Shown in pieces: positions 9,715-20,146 of a stretch of DNA of 64,000 bases (positions within the stretch are counted from its first letter, which is position 1; the number at the start of each line of letters is the position of its first letter). Source of the stretch: Candidatus Poribacteria bacterium (GTDB lineage: Bacteria; Poribacteria; WGA-4E; PCPOR2b); the NCBI GenBank assembly GCA_965218095.1, contig OZ244587.1:896001-960000 (forward strand), read 5' to 3'. Below the pieces are notes generated by a model that was not told the origin of the DNA, did no database searches, and saw only the letters and a list, made by a program, of their open reading frames with translations. The position numbers and the translations under genes are program-made.

Positions 9715-11426
9715 TGCCGATTCCCAACCCGAGCCGTACCTTCAAGAGTATACAACGCCTCCGTCAAATTATCAATGTGTTTGCGAAACACGGTTTTGGG
9801 CATATTATCGCTCGAATGAATCTTGGGCGATACGCCCCAAGGCGGTGGCATCTATTTCGACTTCAGCATTTTGAAGGAGATGAACTCATTACCCCACCTT
9901 CCGTCCCACAACGTTGGCGGCTTGCTTTTGAGGAACTTGGGACCACATTTATCAAACTTGCGCAGATATTGAGTACCCGTTCTGATCTCATATCCACGAT
10001 CGTAGGTCAGGAGGAAGCTTTCGAATGGATTGAGGAGTTCAAAAAACTCCAAAGTCAAGCGTCTCCATTTCCTTTCGATGAAGTTCGTACTATCGTTGAA
10101 GGGGATCTGTGTCAGCCCCTCGATCAGATTTTTGCGAGTTTTGATCCAGCTCCTTTTGCAGCAGCTTCGATTGCTCAAGTTCACAACGCAACCCTTCGGA
10201 GTGGTGAATCCGTTGTCGTCAAAGTTCAGCGCCCTCGCATCGCGGACGAAATCAACACTGACCTGAATCTTCTAGACTGGCTGGCGAAGCGATTGGAAAA
10301 GTACGTTGTCGAAAGCTGGTTGTATAAACCGACTGAACTGGTCCGAGAATTCTCCAGATCGATTCGGCGGGAGATTAATTTTACGATGGAAGGGGCAAAT
10401 ACGGACTATTTTTACCGGAATTTTTTGGATAATAAGAATGTCAAAGTTCCAAAAGTCTATTGGGAGTTTACAAATCGGCGTGTCCTCACTTTGGAAAGGG
10501 TTGATGGCATCCCGATTGATGCCGTACAACAGTTCGATGAAGCCAATTTGGATCGAGAAAAAACTGTTGAGGTACTCGTTGATTTTTTCTATAAGCAGAT
10601 CTTCATTGATGGTTTTTTCCACTCAGACCCGCATCCGGGCAACCTGTTTGTCTTGGCAGATGGGCGGATTGGTCTGGTTGATTTTGGGATGGTTGGGCGG
10701 ATTAGTGGTGAAATGTTGGATAGCATTTGTGGCTGGTTCGTTGCTATCCTCAATCGTGATGTAGACCGCGTCGTCAAAACCTACGTCCGCATGGGGATTC
10801 TGGGGGATACGACCAACACCGCCGCCTTGAAAATGGAGATGACGGATTTCCTCGACCGGTATTTTAACATGCCGTTTTCGCGGATTCGAATTGGCGCTCT
10901 TCTCGATGAAGTTGTCAACGCTTCACTGCGGCATCAAATCCATTTCCCTTCCGCATTCCTGATGCTTGGCAAAACAGTGATGACAATTGAGTCCGTGGTG
11001 ATGAATCTCAACCCCAATTTCGATCTTCTGGCTTTTAGCCAGCCTTATGTGACTCGCATTGTGCTGCAACAGTTTGAGCCTGAACGTTGGATCAAACAGA
11101 TGTACAGTACGGTCGAAGATCTCACCGAGATGGCGAGAGAGTTGCCTTTACAACTCCATCAAATTCTGCAGAAATTGCAGAGGGGCAGTCTGAAACTTGG
11201 AGTTGATCATACTAACTTAGATCGGCTGATTGGGGTCTTCGATCGGATGAGCAATCGCATTTCATTCAGCCTGATCATTGCAGCCCTCATTGTTGGTTCT
11301 TCAATACTGCTTCAAGGGGTGAGTTCGTGGGGACCTAAATCAATACTCGGCATCATGGGGTATTTGACGGCCGGCATTTTCGGCGTCGGCCTAGTCATTT
11401 CGATCTTGCGCTCTGGACGTTTTTAA
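9714..11426 (+). CDS. ABC1/AarF/UbiB family atypical kinase with C-terminal TM helices
   Basis: FIKLAQILS, AAASIAQVH, VVKVQRP, FFHSDPHPGN, VDFGMVG. Confidence 0.95.
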   Translation: MPIPNPSRTFKSIQRLRQIINVFAKHGFGHIIARMNLGRYAPRRWHLFRLQHFEGDELITPPSVPQRWRLAFEELGTTFIKLAQILSTRSDLISTIVGQEEAFEWIEEFKKLQSQASPFPFDEVRTIVEGDLCQPLDQIFASFDPAPFAAASIAQVHNATLRSGESVVVKVQRPRIADEINTDLNLLDWLAKRLEKYVVESWLYKPTELVREFSRSIRREINFTMEGANTDYFYRNFLDNKNVKVPKVYWEFTNRRVLTLERVDGIPIDAVQQFDEANLDREKTVEVLVDFFYKQIFIDGFFHSDPHPGNLFVLADGRIGLVDFGMVGRISGEMLDSICGWFVAILNRDVDRVVKTYVRMGILGDTTNTAALKMEMTDFLDRYFNMPFSRIRIGALLDEVVNASLRHQIHFPSAFLMLGKTVMTIESVVMNLNPNFDLLAFSQPYVTRIVLQQFEPERWIKQMYSTVEDLTEMARELPLQLHQILQKLQRGSLKLGVDHTNLDRLIGVFDRMSNRISFSLIIAALIVGSSILLQGVSSWGPKSILGIMGYLTAGIFGVGLVISILRSGRF

Positions 11427-11468
11427 TGGAGACACGAGGTGAATTGAATCATATAGGAGAGTACAAGT

Positions 11469-12650
11469 ATGAAGCAAAGGGCGTCTTTGGAACAAACGTA
11501 TGTGGTCGCGAAGGAAACTTCTCGTTTGGGATTAGAGTTGGGCAGAAAGATTGGCCTTCTCGATCCATCGACAAAGCCGACAACCAAAGACACTTACGAT
11601 ACCGGAAAATGGGATAAATTACACCGGGAGCTCGTCGTTGTCGATTCGTACTCCGCAGCCATAGACCTAAAGGCCCTGCAACGCGGACGAGTGGATGTCG
11701 TGGTACAAGCACTCCAGGCAGAGGAGCTTTTCGTCCAGATTCCGCCTCAACAACCATCAGAGCCGCCGCCTGAAGGCCTAAAAATATGGGAACACGTCTT
11801 TAAGGAAGCCGATCTCGTTGAACGAGTCTCGCAGGTGATTGATGAACACCTCCGGTTTATTGAAGCATATAATGAATATATCGAATTGGCGCTCACTGAG
11901 GCGGACGTGCAACGCATTGTGCAGACAGGCAAAATCGCCTTCGTGATGATGCTCGCTAGTGGGGTCATCAATAATGACCTCGACGTATTGAAGAAATACT
12001 ATCAATTGGGTATCCGTGTGATGGCGCTTTGTCATCTTGCTTCCGTGGGTTGGGCGGACTCTAATGCCGAGCTCAAAGAGACTCCAGGATTAACAGACTT
12101 CGGGCAGGATGTGGTCAAGGCATGCAATAGAATCGGCATCCTGGTAGATCTGTCCCATGCGTCAGATCAAACCTGTTGGGACGCTCTTGATGTGGCGACA
12201 GAGCCGATCATTGCCACACACTCCAAGTGTCGTGCGTTGTCCAACAGTCCGCGTGATTTGAGCGACGATATGATGCGTGCCATCGCTGAAACGGAAGGCG
12301 TTGTCGGAATTCTCGCTTCCACCCCCCGCACGTCAGCCGAATCTCAGCAAGCACGGCTAAAGCGCGATCGGCGATTAGCGGAGAAATATTCAGAGCCCTT
12401 TGAACTTGCCGCCGCCAAGCTTGCTGATGCGGAAATTTGGGGAACAAAACTGGATTTGGAAAGCATTGACCATGCTGTCAACATGGTGGGCATCGATCAT
12501 GTGGGCCTCGCTTCGCACTTTCAAAACGTGCCCCAATGGAAAGAATTTACCGAAACTTTAATTGAACATGGGTACAACGAAGAAGATACCAGGAAGATCC
12601 TGGGAGAAAATGTGCTTCGTGTTCTCAAGCAGACTACCGGGAGTGAGTAG
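11469..12650 (+). CDS. Membrane dipeptidase (M19)-like amidohydrolase-fold protein with divergent active site
   Basis: GLTDFGQDVV, ILVDLSH, IIATHS, RDLSDD, GIDHVGL, KILGEN. Confidence 0.8.
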   Translation: MKQRASLEQTYVVAKETSRLGLELGRKIGLLDPSTKPTTKDTYDTGKWDKLHRELVVVDSYSAAIDLKALQRGRVDVVVQALQAEELFVQIPPQQPSEPPPEGLKIWEHVFKEADLVERVSQVIDEHLRFIEAYNEYIELALTEADVQRIVQTGKIAFVMMLASGVINNDLDVLKKYYQLGIRVMALCHLASVGWADSNAELKETPGLTDFGQDVVKACNRIGILVDLSHASDQTCWDALDVATEPIIATHSKCRALSNSPRDLSDDMMRAIAETEGVVGILASTPRTSAESQQARLKRDRRLAEKYSEPFELAAAKLADAEIWGTKLDLESIDHAVNMVGIDHVGLASHFQNVPQWKEFTETLIEHGYNEEDTRKILGENVLRVLKQTTGSE

Positions 12651-12654
12651 CCGT

Positions 12655-12770
12655 CTGTAAAGTATTTAAAGTCCGTAAAGTTAAACTTCAGAAATACTTT
12701 AGGCACTTTCTTCTAGGGCTTCGTTTCCTTGCCTAACTTTAGACATTTTAGACACTTTAGTTCACTTTTC
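12655..12770. repeat. Inverted nonamer tandem array
   Basis: taaagtatt taaagtccg taaagttaa ... actttaggc ... actttagac attttagac actttagtt. Confidence 0.75.
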
Positions 12771-12869
12771 TATGAGCGTATCGGCGAATCAGTTCAGGGG
12801 TTCAAGGATTCACAGTCAGTAGGGCTAAAGCCGTTCATTAGCTCATTCACGCATCACGTCTCACGAATC

Positions 12870-13307
12870 ATGGGAATTATTCTTGGATTAGACATTGGCG
12901 ATGTACGAATCGGCGTTGCAATTAGCGATCAGCTCGGCATTGCCGCCCATCCGCTCTGCACGATTCGGCGGAGGAGCAGAAAAGCTGCGCTGGCGGAGCT
13001 ACAGGAGTTGATCGTCACGCACAAAGTCGAGCAGATTGTCGTCGGACTGCCGCTTCGGCTCAATGGTGAGGTTGGGGTTCAAGCGCAAAAGGTCCAAAAG
13101 TTTGCAGAGAAATTAAAACAGCGGGTTGATTTGCCAATCGCTTTCTGGGATGAAAGTTTTACCACCGTTGAAGCAACAGAGATATTGAGGGCGACCAAAA
13201 AACGGGGTAAGAAGCGGAAGAAGGTTATTGATCAGGTTGCCGCAGTGCTGATCCTTGATGGATATCTGGAGGAAGCAGGGGCAAGGTCCAATGAAATTAC
13301 CAATTGA
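12870..13307 (+). CDS. ruvX: RuvX/YqgF pre-16S rRNA nuclease
   Basis: ILGLDIGDVRIGVAISD, VGLP, WDESFTT, IDQVAAVLIL. Confidence 0.93.
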   Translation: MGIILGLDIGDVRIGVAISDQLGIAAHPLCTIRRRSRKAALAELQELIVTHKVEQIVVGLPLRLNGEVGVQAQKVQKFAEKLKQRVDLPIAFWDESFTTVEATEILRATKKRGKKRKKVIDQVAAVLILDGYLEEAGARSNEITN

Positions 13308-14325
13308 TCTGAAGGACGCGATATGGTACGTTTCTATCGTCCTCTTTAGCGTATCGCTGCTCGGTACCATCGTAACCTTGATAATGCTGCTCTATTTATA
13401 TCCCGTGGATGCAGACGCGGAACCCATACAGTTGCAAATTGCTCGCGGTATGAGTTCACAGGCGATAGCGAATCAGCTTGCCTGTAGGAACCTGATTCGC
13501 AGTCCACTGGTTTTCCAGTTAGCAACGCACCTCAGTGGCGCAAGTCGCAGTCTGAAGGCGGGAAATTACCGTTTGAGCGGAGGGTTGAGCCTGCCGCAGA
13601 TTATTAATCACCTTCAAGCTGGGAAGGTTGTTACGCGCCGATTTGTTGTTCCAGAAGGTTTGACGGTTGCGCAGATTGGGGAACTTTGGGAGAGGAACAG
13701 TTTTGGAGCAGCGGCCGCGTTCAACCGGGCTGCCAGTGACCCAAAATGGCGAGTAAACTACGGCATCGGAGGTGAAACACTAGAGGGTTATCTCTTCCCA
13801 AACACATACCAATTCGCTGATGGGACGACACCGCAGGTGGTCATCGAAATGATGCTTGATGAATTCGATCGGCGATGGACGTATGCATTGCGTGAGGAAG
13901 CCGAATCGCTTGGGCTATCTGTACACGAGGCGATTACGCTTGCCTCTATCATTGAGAAAGAGGCGGAGGTGCCTGATGAACGTCTCTTAATTTCAGCAGT
14001 TTTTCATAACCGCCTGCGTCGCGGTTGGCCCCTTGAGGCAGATCCAACCGCGCTTTATGCCTTGGGGAATCCCGAGCGTTCACCAACACCAGCAGATCTC
14101 AATGTCGATTCACCCTATAATACCTATCTCCATAAGGGACTGCCGCCTGGGCCAATCTGTAATCCAGGCCGGGCTTCGATCCTGGCGACACTTCGCCCAG
14201 CTTCAGCTATCTACCTCTATTTCGTCGCGATCGGTGATGGAAGACACTATTTCTCCACAACATTAAAAGAACACCAGAATATGATTCACAAAATGAAACG
14301 GAACCTCAATTCGATTGCAGATTGA
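13291..14325 (+). CDS. mltG: Endolytic transglycosylase MltG
   Basis: LEGYLFPNTY, LASIIEKE, LEADPT, SPYNTY, GLPPGPICNPG. Confidence 0.95.
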   Translation: MKLPIDLKDAIWYVSIVLFSVSLLGTIVTLIMLLYLYPVDADAEPIQLQIARGMSSQAIANQLACRNLIRSPLVFQLATHLSGASRSLKAGNYRLSGGLSLPQIINHLQAGKVVTRRFVVPEGLTVAQIGELWERNSFGAAAAFNRAASDPKWRVNYGIGGETLEGYLFPNTYQFADGTTPQVVIEMMLDEFDRRWTYALREEAESLGLSVHEAITLASIIEKEAEVPDERLLISAVFHNRLRRGWPLEADPTALYALGNPERSPTPADLNVDSPYNTYLHKGLPPGPICNPGRASILATLRPASAIYLYFVAIGDGRHYFSTTLKEHQNMIHKMKRNLNSIAD

Positions 14326-14431
14326 AAGCGATGGAAAATCGGATTCAATGCGTTCATGGGGTCAGTCGTACATGCACCATCGAACCGAAACAATCAGCAA
14401 TCTCCAATCAAACGGAAGGAAATACACTTTT

Positions 14432-15715
14432 TTGGCTTCACAACAGACCATTCAAAATGAGGTAACAATCTCAGGGACCGGTTTGATGCTTGGTGAACCG
14501 GTCACCTTAACACTCAAGCCGGCGCCGCCAGATCAAGGTGTTGTGTTTCACCGAATAGATCTACCCGGTGAACCCGCAATCCAGGTCTGCCCTGCTAGTC
14601 ATCAGGCGATAATTCCCCGTTGCACGAGCCTGCGCGCCGGCGATGCGACAGTCACGAGTGTAGAACATTTATTGTCAGCATTGGCAGGTATGGAGGTCGA
14701 TAATGTGCGGATTGACGTCAACGCGCCAGAACCACCGGCGTTGGATGGCAGCGCATTGCCTTATGTTCAACTCATTCAGCAGGCGGAAATTATCCAACAA
14801 GACACCCCACGCGCTGCCATTGAGTTACCAAAACCCTTTGCTGTTTACGACAAAGAGAAGCAACTCATTCTACTTCCTTCAGATTTCTTTCAAGTCTCCT
14901 TTGTGTATGATCACCCCCAAATCCCCGCTCAAGTTGCGACCTTTACCATAGATCCGGAAACTTATGCAAATGAGATTGCTCCTGCACGCAGTTTCTGCTT
15001 TGCAAATGAAATCGAGTTACTCAGGAATCAGGGCATTGGCAAAGGCGCGAGTTATGACAACGTCGTCGTCGTCGAAGATGATGGACGAACGAGCGACGAA
15101 TTGAGGTTTGCCGATGAATTTGCCCGTCACAAAATCCTGGACCTAATCGGCGATCTTTACCTGGGGACACGGCTGCTCAGAGCCCAAGCCGTTGCGATGC
15201 GATCCGGACACAGTCTCCACGCACAGCTTATCCTATCGCTTGCGGAAAAAGGATTAACGCAGCAACAACTGTCGAAACCCATCGAAGCCCTGGACATTTA
15301 CCGAATACTTCCACACCGCTATCCGATGTGTATGCTCGATCGGGTCATTGAAATGGAATCGGGGAAACGGGCTGTTGGCATTAAGAATCTCACCTACAAT
15401 GAGCAGTTCTTTCAAGGGCACTTTCCGCAGCAGCCGGTAATGCCTGGTGTCTTGCAAATGGAGGCCTTGGCGCAGCTTGGAGCGTGGCTGTTGTTAAAAG
15501 AACTGGACGTTGAAGGACAACTCGGATATTTTGTATCAATTAAGGAAGCCAAGTTTCGACGCCCCGTTATACCAGGAGATCGACTTCGATTAGAAGTCGA
15601 AGTTTTACGGCGACGCAGGAGGATGGCACGGCTTGGCGGCAAAGCGTATGTCGGTAAGGAACTTGCCGCCGAGGGGGAGTTGGCAATTGTGCTCAGCGAA
15701 ACATTGGTGGAGTGA
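14432..15715 (+). CDS. lpxC: Bifunctional LpxC / FabZ
   Basis: VEHLLSAL and RHKILDLIGDL (LpxC) fused to LPHRYP and FFQGHFP (FabZ); TTG start at 14432 inferred. Confidence 0.95.
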   Translation: MASQQTIQNEVTISGTGLMLGEPVTLTLKPAPPDQGVVFHRIDLPGEPAIQVCPASHQAIIPRCTSLRAGDATVTSVEHLLSALAGMEVDNVRIDVNAPEPPALDGSALPYVQLIQQAEIIQQDTPRAAIELPKPFAVYDKEKQLILLPSDFFQVSFVYDHPQIPAQVATFTIDPETYANEIAPARSFCFANEIELLRNQGIGKGASYDNVVVVEDDGRTSDELRFADEFARHKILDLIGDLYLGTRLLRAQAVAMRSGHSLHAQLILSLAEKGLTQQQLSKPIEALDIYRILPHRYPMCMLDRVIEMESGKRAVGIKNLTYNEQFFQGHFPQQPVMPGVLQMEALAQLGAWLLLKELDVEGQLGYFVSIKEAKFRRPVIPGDRLRLEVEVLRRRRRMARLGGKAYVGKELAAEGELAIVLSETLVE

Positions 15716-15937
15716 AGAATGGAAATTCACTCCGCAACAACAAGGTTATGTACATTCACTCTGTGAAGGGAATGAGGTATAAAACCAATAAGGATTTCTG
15801 GATCTCGTTCAGATCGCCAAACCAAACAGCGTACTGGTAGAAAGTGGCGTCCCTGCTTTATAGCAGGGGCTTTCTGCGTAAATCTTAATACTATCAAGAC
15901 AGAATGATTTCCGGATCCAACGTTGAGGAGGGCAGAA

Positions 15938-16729
15938 GTGAGGAAGATTCACCCAACCGCCATCATCCATCCAAAAGCCGAATTAGGGGAGAACGTTGAA
16001 GTCGGTCCCTTCTCGATTATCAGCGAGGATGTGCAGATCGGCCGTGGGACCGTGATTGGGCCGCATGTACAGCTCGATCGGTGGACGGCCGTCGGCGAAG
16101 AATGCCAGATCTTCTTCGGCTGCACAATTGGCAACCCTTCAAAAGACCTCAAGTACGGCGGCTGGCAAAGCTATGCCCGGATCGGCGATCGAAATGTCCT
16201 GCGGGAGTATGTGTCGATTTCCAGAGCTACGACGGAGGATGGCGCAACAGTCATCGGCGATGACAACCTGCTCATGAACTGGGTCAATATCGCTCATGAT
16301 ACGGCCGTTGGAAATCGGACAATTATGGCGAATTTTGCCACAATTGCCGGGCACGTCGTTATCGAGGACGATACACGGATTGGCGCTCACGCTGCAATTC
16401 ATCAGTTTGTTCACGTCGGCAAAATGGCGATGGTTGGGGCGTGTTCCAAATTTGTGCAGGACATTCCGCCGTTCATTATCTCCGATGGGCATCCCGCCCG
16501 TGTGCGTAGCCTAAATATCGTTGGCATCCAAACCTCACAGATCCACCCAATGGCATTGCTCCCTCCTGAAACCATTCAGCGCCTCAAAAGTGCATACCGC
16601 ATTCTATTCCGCAGCAAAGTCAACCTCACACAGGCAATTACGCAGGTGAGACGGGAAATTGAACCAGACGAGGAAGTGGAGTATCTTCTGAATTTTATTG
16701 AGAATTCCAATCGGGGAATCGGGGTTTAG
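15938..16729 (+). CDS. lpxA: UDP-N-acetylglucosamine acyltransferase
   Basis: IHPTAIIHP, hexapeptide repeats, IAHD, AGHV, HQF, terminal RGI. Confidence 0.95.
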   Translation: MRKIHPTAIIHPKAELGENVEVGPFSIISEDVQIGRGTVIGPHVQLDRWTAVGEECQIFFGCTIGNPSKDLKYGGWQSYARIGDRNVLREYVSISRATTEDGATVIGDDNLLMNWVNIAHDTAVGNRTIMANFATIAGHVVIEDDTRIGAHAAIHQFVHVGKMAMVGACSKFVQDIPPFIISDGHPARVRSLNIVGIQTSQIHPMALLPPETIQRLKSAYRILFRSKVNLTQAITQVRREIEPDEEVEYLLNFIENSNRGIGV

Positions 16730-16756
16730 CTAACAGGCACATTCAAGGGGGCAGCA

Positions 16757-17560
16757 TTGGAAAAACTCGGGATTATTGCTGGAGCAGGTGAGTTGCCTGT
16801 ATTGCTCGCACAAGCCGCGTTAGAACAAGGACGTTTGCCGGTCGTCATCCAGATCACCCAACCCGCCTCCAAACAATTCGAGACTGTCGCCTCGGAAGTA
16901 CATTCGTTTGGAATTGGACAGGTTCAGAAGATAACGAGAATGCTTCTTGAGTCGGACGTACGGGAGCTTGTGATTATCGGCAAAATCGATAAAAGTATCC
17001 TCTTCCATCCTTTCCTGGTAGACCCAACGGCGGTCAAGATTCTGGCGGGGACTCGGGACAAGGGGCCTCACGCGATTATTGCTGCGGTGATTGAGCACTT
17101 TGAGTCGAAGGGAATCAGTGTGATTGAGCAACATTGTTTTCTGAAGGCGTTAATGCCACAGGCAGGTGTGTTGACGAAAAGGCAGCCGACCCAATCGCAG
17201 TGGGCGGATGTGAGGTACGGAATGCAGCTTGCTCGCCAAATTGCCAACCTGGACATTGGGCAGACCGTAATCGTCAAGAATTTGATGCCGATTGCGATTG
17301 AAGCTATTGAGGGGACGGATGCGGCGATAAAACGTGGTGGGGCGCTTAGAGGTAAGGGTATCCTCGTCGCCAAGGCTGCTGCGACACATCATGATTTCCG
17401 GATCGATGTGCCAACTGTTGGTGCTCAGACGCTAGAAGTGCTGCATGTGGTTCGGGGCAGCGTTCTCGCTGTTGAAGCTGGACGCACATTTATTATGAAT
17501 CAGGAGGCGCTCTGCGAACAAGCGGAGCACTGGAAAATCTCGATTATCGCTGTGGAATAG
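16757..17560 (+). CDS. lpxI: UDP-2,3-diacylglucosamine diphosphatase
   Basis: GIIAGAGELP, DIGQ, EAIEGTD, DFRIDVPTVG; follows lpxA. Confidence 0.92.
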   Translation: MEKLGIIAGAGELPVLLAQAALEQGRLPVVIQITQPASKQFETVASEVHSFGIGQVQKITRMLLESDVRELVIIGKIDKSILFHPFLVDPTAVKILAGTRDKGPHAIIAAVIEHFESKGISVIEQHCFLKALMPQAGVLTKRQPTQSQWADVRYGMQLARQIANLDIGQTVIVKNLMPIAIEAIEGTDAAIKRGGALRGKGILVAKAAATHHDFRIDVPTVGAQTLEVLHVVRGSVLAVEAGRTFIMNQEALCEQAEHWKISIIAVE

Positions 17561-17633
17561 AGCGGGGGAAATTGGGGTTTAGGGAATCAACTAGCAGTCA
17601 AATGTATTCCTCAGCACGAAGCAGCACTTGTTC

Positions 17634-18635
17634 CTACTCACCCTTGCCCTCATCTGTTGCCTTCGAATCACTTCCATCATCAGATTCCACGACAGGCGCT
17701 TCCTCCTTCAGATCTTCCGAGTTCTTGATCAGTTTGTTGACGCGCGATTTGTCAAGCGTGAAGAGCTGATCTTTGTCTTCGCGCTTCACGTAGAAAGCGT
17801 TATTCTCTTCTTCTCCAATCAAGAGTACCTTCTTTGACCCATCGTTCAACGTTGCAGCGATCGACGATTTCGGCGCGTCAAGCTCATATTCTGCGAGTTC
17901 TTTGGGTTCGGCAAAATCGTCGGTTTTCAACGAACTCAACATATCAACGAGGATCCCGACCTCTGTTCCCTTGGCGACAGAAGCGACCGGTTTGAGCATT
18001 TGCCATTTGCCTGCATTATCCATCTGAAGTTCAATCTCTTCCTCTTCCGATCTAATTCTCAGGTGGGTCACGTCTCCCTGATTGAAATCAAAAATCTGCC
18101 GATCCCTCCAGGTCCGATAGCCCTTATCAAAGGTCGATTTGAGATAGCCTTTGACGACGTAGACGTTGTTGGAATCTGCCGCGCGGACATAGCTGTTAAA
18201 GATATTTGGCGTTGTTTTCCCGACGAAGAGGTGCGCCAGGACATTATTACTCACATCCAGGAGTTTGGCTTCCACACCGGAGCTGTCCACTTGAAAGATC
18301 GATTGCTTTTCCGGATTTGTGGAAGCTAGTTGGATTGTTTTGAGCTCGGCAACCTTATCGAGCAGTTCCTCCATGGCTTTCTGATCAGCAGGATAGTTGT
18401 CCATTGATGCCACAAGCCATTGATCGTTTTCTTTTACAAGCATTGTTGTCTCTCCGAATGCAGCAGTTATCTCAATCTTCGTCACGTGTTCTTTCTTGAA
18501 GTTAGGGAAAAAAGATTTAGCCGCTTCAGCCTCCTTTTGCTCCTTACTTTTGCCGAACGGATTCTCAAGAACCAGGGCAAGTAAACCTAAGACAATAAGA
18601 ATTCCAACTAAAACTAAAAGTTGTTTCGTTTTCAT
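17634..18635 (-). CDS. DUF4340 domain protein (two repeats), partner of the Gld-like ABC system
   Basis: N-terminal TM, YPAD, WRDRQIF, YELDAP; lies downstream of the gldG-like gene. Confidence 0.8.
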   Translation of the reverse strand: MKTKQLLVLVGILIVLGLLALVLENPFGKSKEQKEAEAAKSFFPNFKKEHVTKIEITAAFGETTMLVKENDQWLVASMDNYPADQKAMEELLDKVAELKTIQLASTNPEKQSIFQVDSSGVEAKLLDVSNNVLAHLFVGKTTPNIFNSYVRAADSNNVYVVKGYLKSTFDKGYRTWRDRQIFDFNQGDVTHLRIRSEEEEIELQMDNAGKWQMLKPVASVAKGTEVGILVDMLSSLKTDDFAEPKELAEYELDAPKSSIAATLNDGSKKVLLIGEEENNAFYVKREDKDQLFTLDKSRVNKLIKNSEDLKEEAPVVESDDGSDSKATDEGKGE

Positions 18636-19069
18636 GTAACCGTTCACCTTTCGGTTAACCGTATCACTGTAGCCGGACGTACCAGTTTCGAGTGTCCATT
18701 TCACTCTCAGATAGTACTACGCCACGTCCCTCTGCTTCCCAAGCAATCGTTTCCAGTTGCCCAGTTGAGGTGAGGCTTATAACGATAGGCTGGTATAGTG
18801 AGAATTGAACTCACATTGCATTAGATCTTGTTGAAGCACACACAGTGCCGTTACCCCTGGGATGCTTTCACTGTTGATTGTAGTGCTGATGCTAGTAGCG
18901 AATCCGCCGAGAAATCGATGCCGGCGCACCTGTGCTTGCCGCGTTAATTTTGTCACGAATATTTTCCAGCGCATCTGTGGTTGCCAGTGTAACAACTTTA
19001 GCATTTCGATAACCCCCGTCTTCTCGCGTTGAGGCAGTTGCAACTCCGCATCCCGCTACTCAATCTGTA

Positions 19070-20145
19070 TCAAAGCATATCTTCTCCAATTTCGATCGTC
19101 CTCCGCTCTTGTCGTGCCAACTCGATCGCGCAACCCGTCACCATGGCATTCCATCCTTCCCAGACACCTGTCTCCGGCTGTTTCGCCGGATCATCCAGCC
19201 AATCAAGGAAAGCGGCGATGATCGATTTGTCCGCCCCTCCGTGGCCGGCAATGCCGTTAGTTGTGCCTCCAATGATCTGCTCCTTACCGTGATACACATC
19301 CAGACGGAACTCGTTCCGATGAAAACTTCCCCTGAGTGTCGCATCGCTGCCGCAAATATGAAAAACCCTGTCATCTTTGGAGGCGAGGGGCATCAGGCTG
19401 AACGCTACCGTCACGCCATTCGCGTATTCGAGTACGGAACTCTGGTGGTCAACGTGATTCGAGTCGTTGTTGTAAACGCAAGCGGTTTTCATTCTCGGAA
19501 CATTGTTGTCTGGTTCGCGCAACTCCGGATAAAATTTAAAGGCGGAGAATTTGCATTTCGACTTGATAGGACAATTATCCGTGCAGTATTCAGGAACGTC
19601 GGGGCGAGGATTAAAAAAGGATCGGCTGCCCATCGATGCAACGCGAACACACGGACTCTCAATCAGCCAAGTCAATAGTCCAGGTCGTGGCAGCATTTCT
19701 CCAATAGCCAACTGCCAATCACCTCCCGTCTGTTGTAAGAAGGATGCCAGCAGTAGGTAGCCCAGTAACTGGGTGAGAGGACCTCTTTCCACTCCACCGT
19801 TGCAAGGATGCGCCCGGCATCTTCAAGATTGTGGGCCATCGGCTTTTCGAGAGAGACAGGGACACCGGATTCCATGAAAGCGCACGCGATATCCGCGTGT
19901 GTGTTTAGAGGTGTGGCAATCACGACCCCGTCCAGGGCTGGACCGGTACCGATCAGATCCCGATAGTCCGCAAAACAGGGGACCTTCGGCAAATCCAGCG
20001 CGTCTCGAAAGGATTTTTCTCTCTGGGCGTCGGGTTCGACGAAGGCAGAGATCGTGATTCGATCGGCGCATGTTACAGAAGCGTTTCGAGCCAGAGATCT
20101 TCCACGGTCGCCGACACCGACGAACGCCAAACGGTGTGATTTCAT
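19070..20145 (-). pseudogene. Gfo/Idh/MocA oxidoreductase with internal deletion and frameshift
   Basis: VGVGDRG, IATP, EKPMA, EKCCHDLD, then a frameshift near 19675; GHGGAD near the C-terminus; the segment normally following EKP appears absent. Confidence 0.8.
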
Positions 20146-20146
20146 T

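Noticed and set aside
14432-15715. LpxC-FabZ fusion as a novelty
   Set aside because: Already known from Bacteroidota and other phyla
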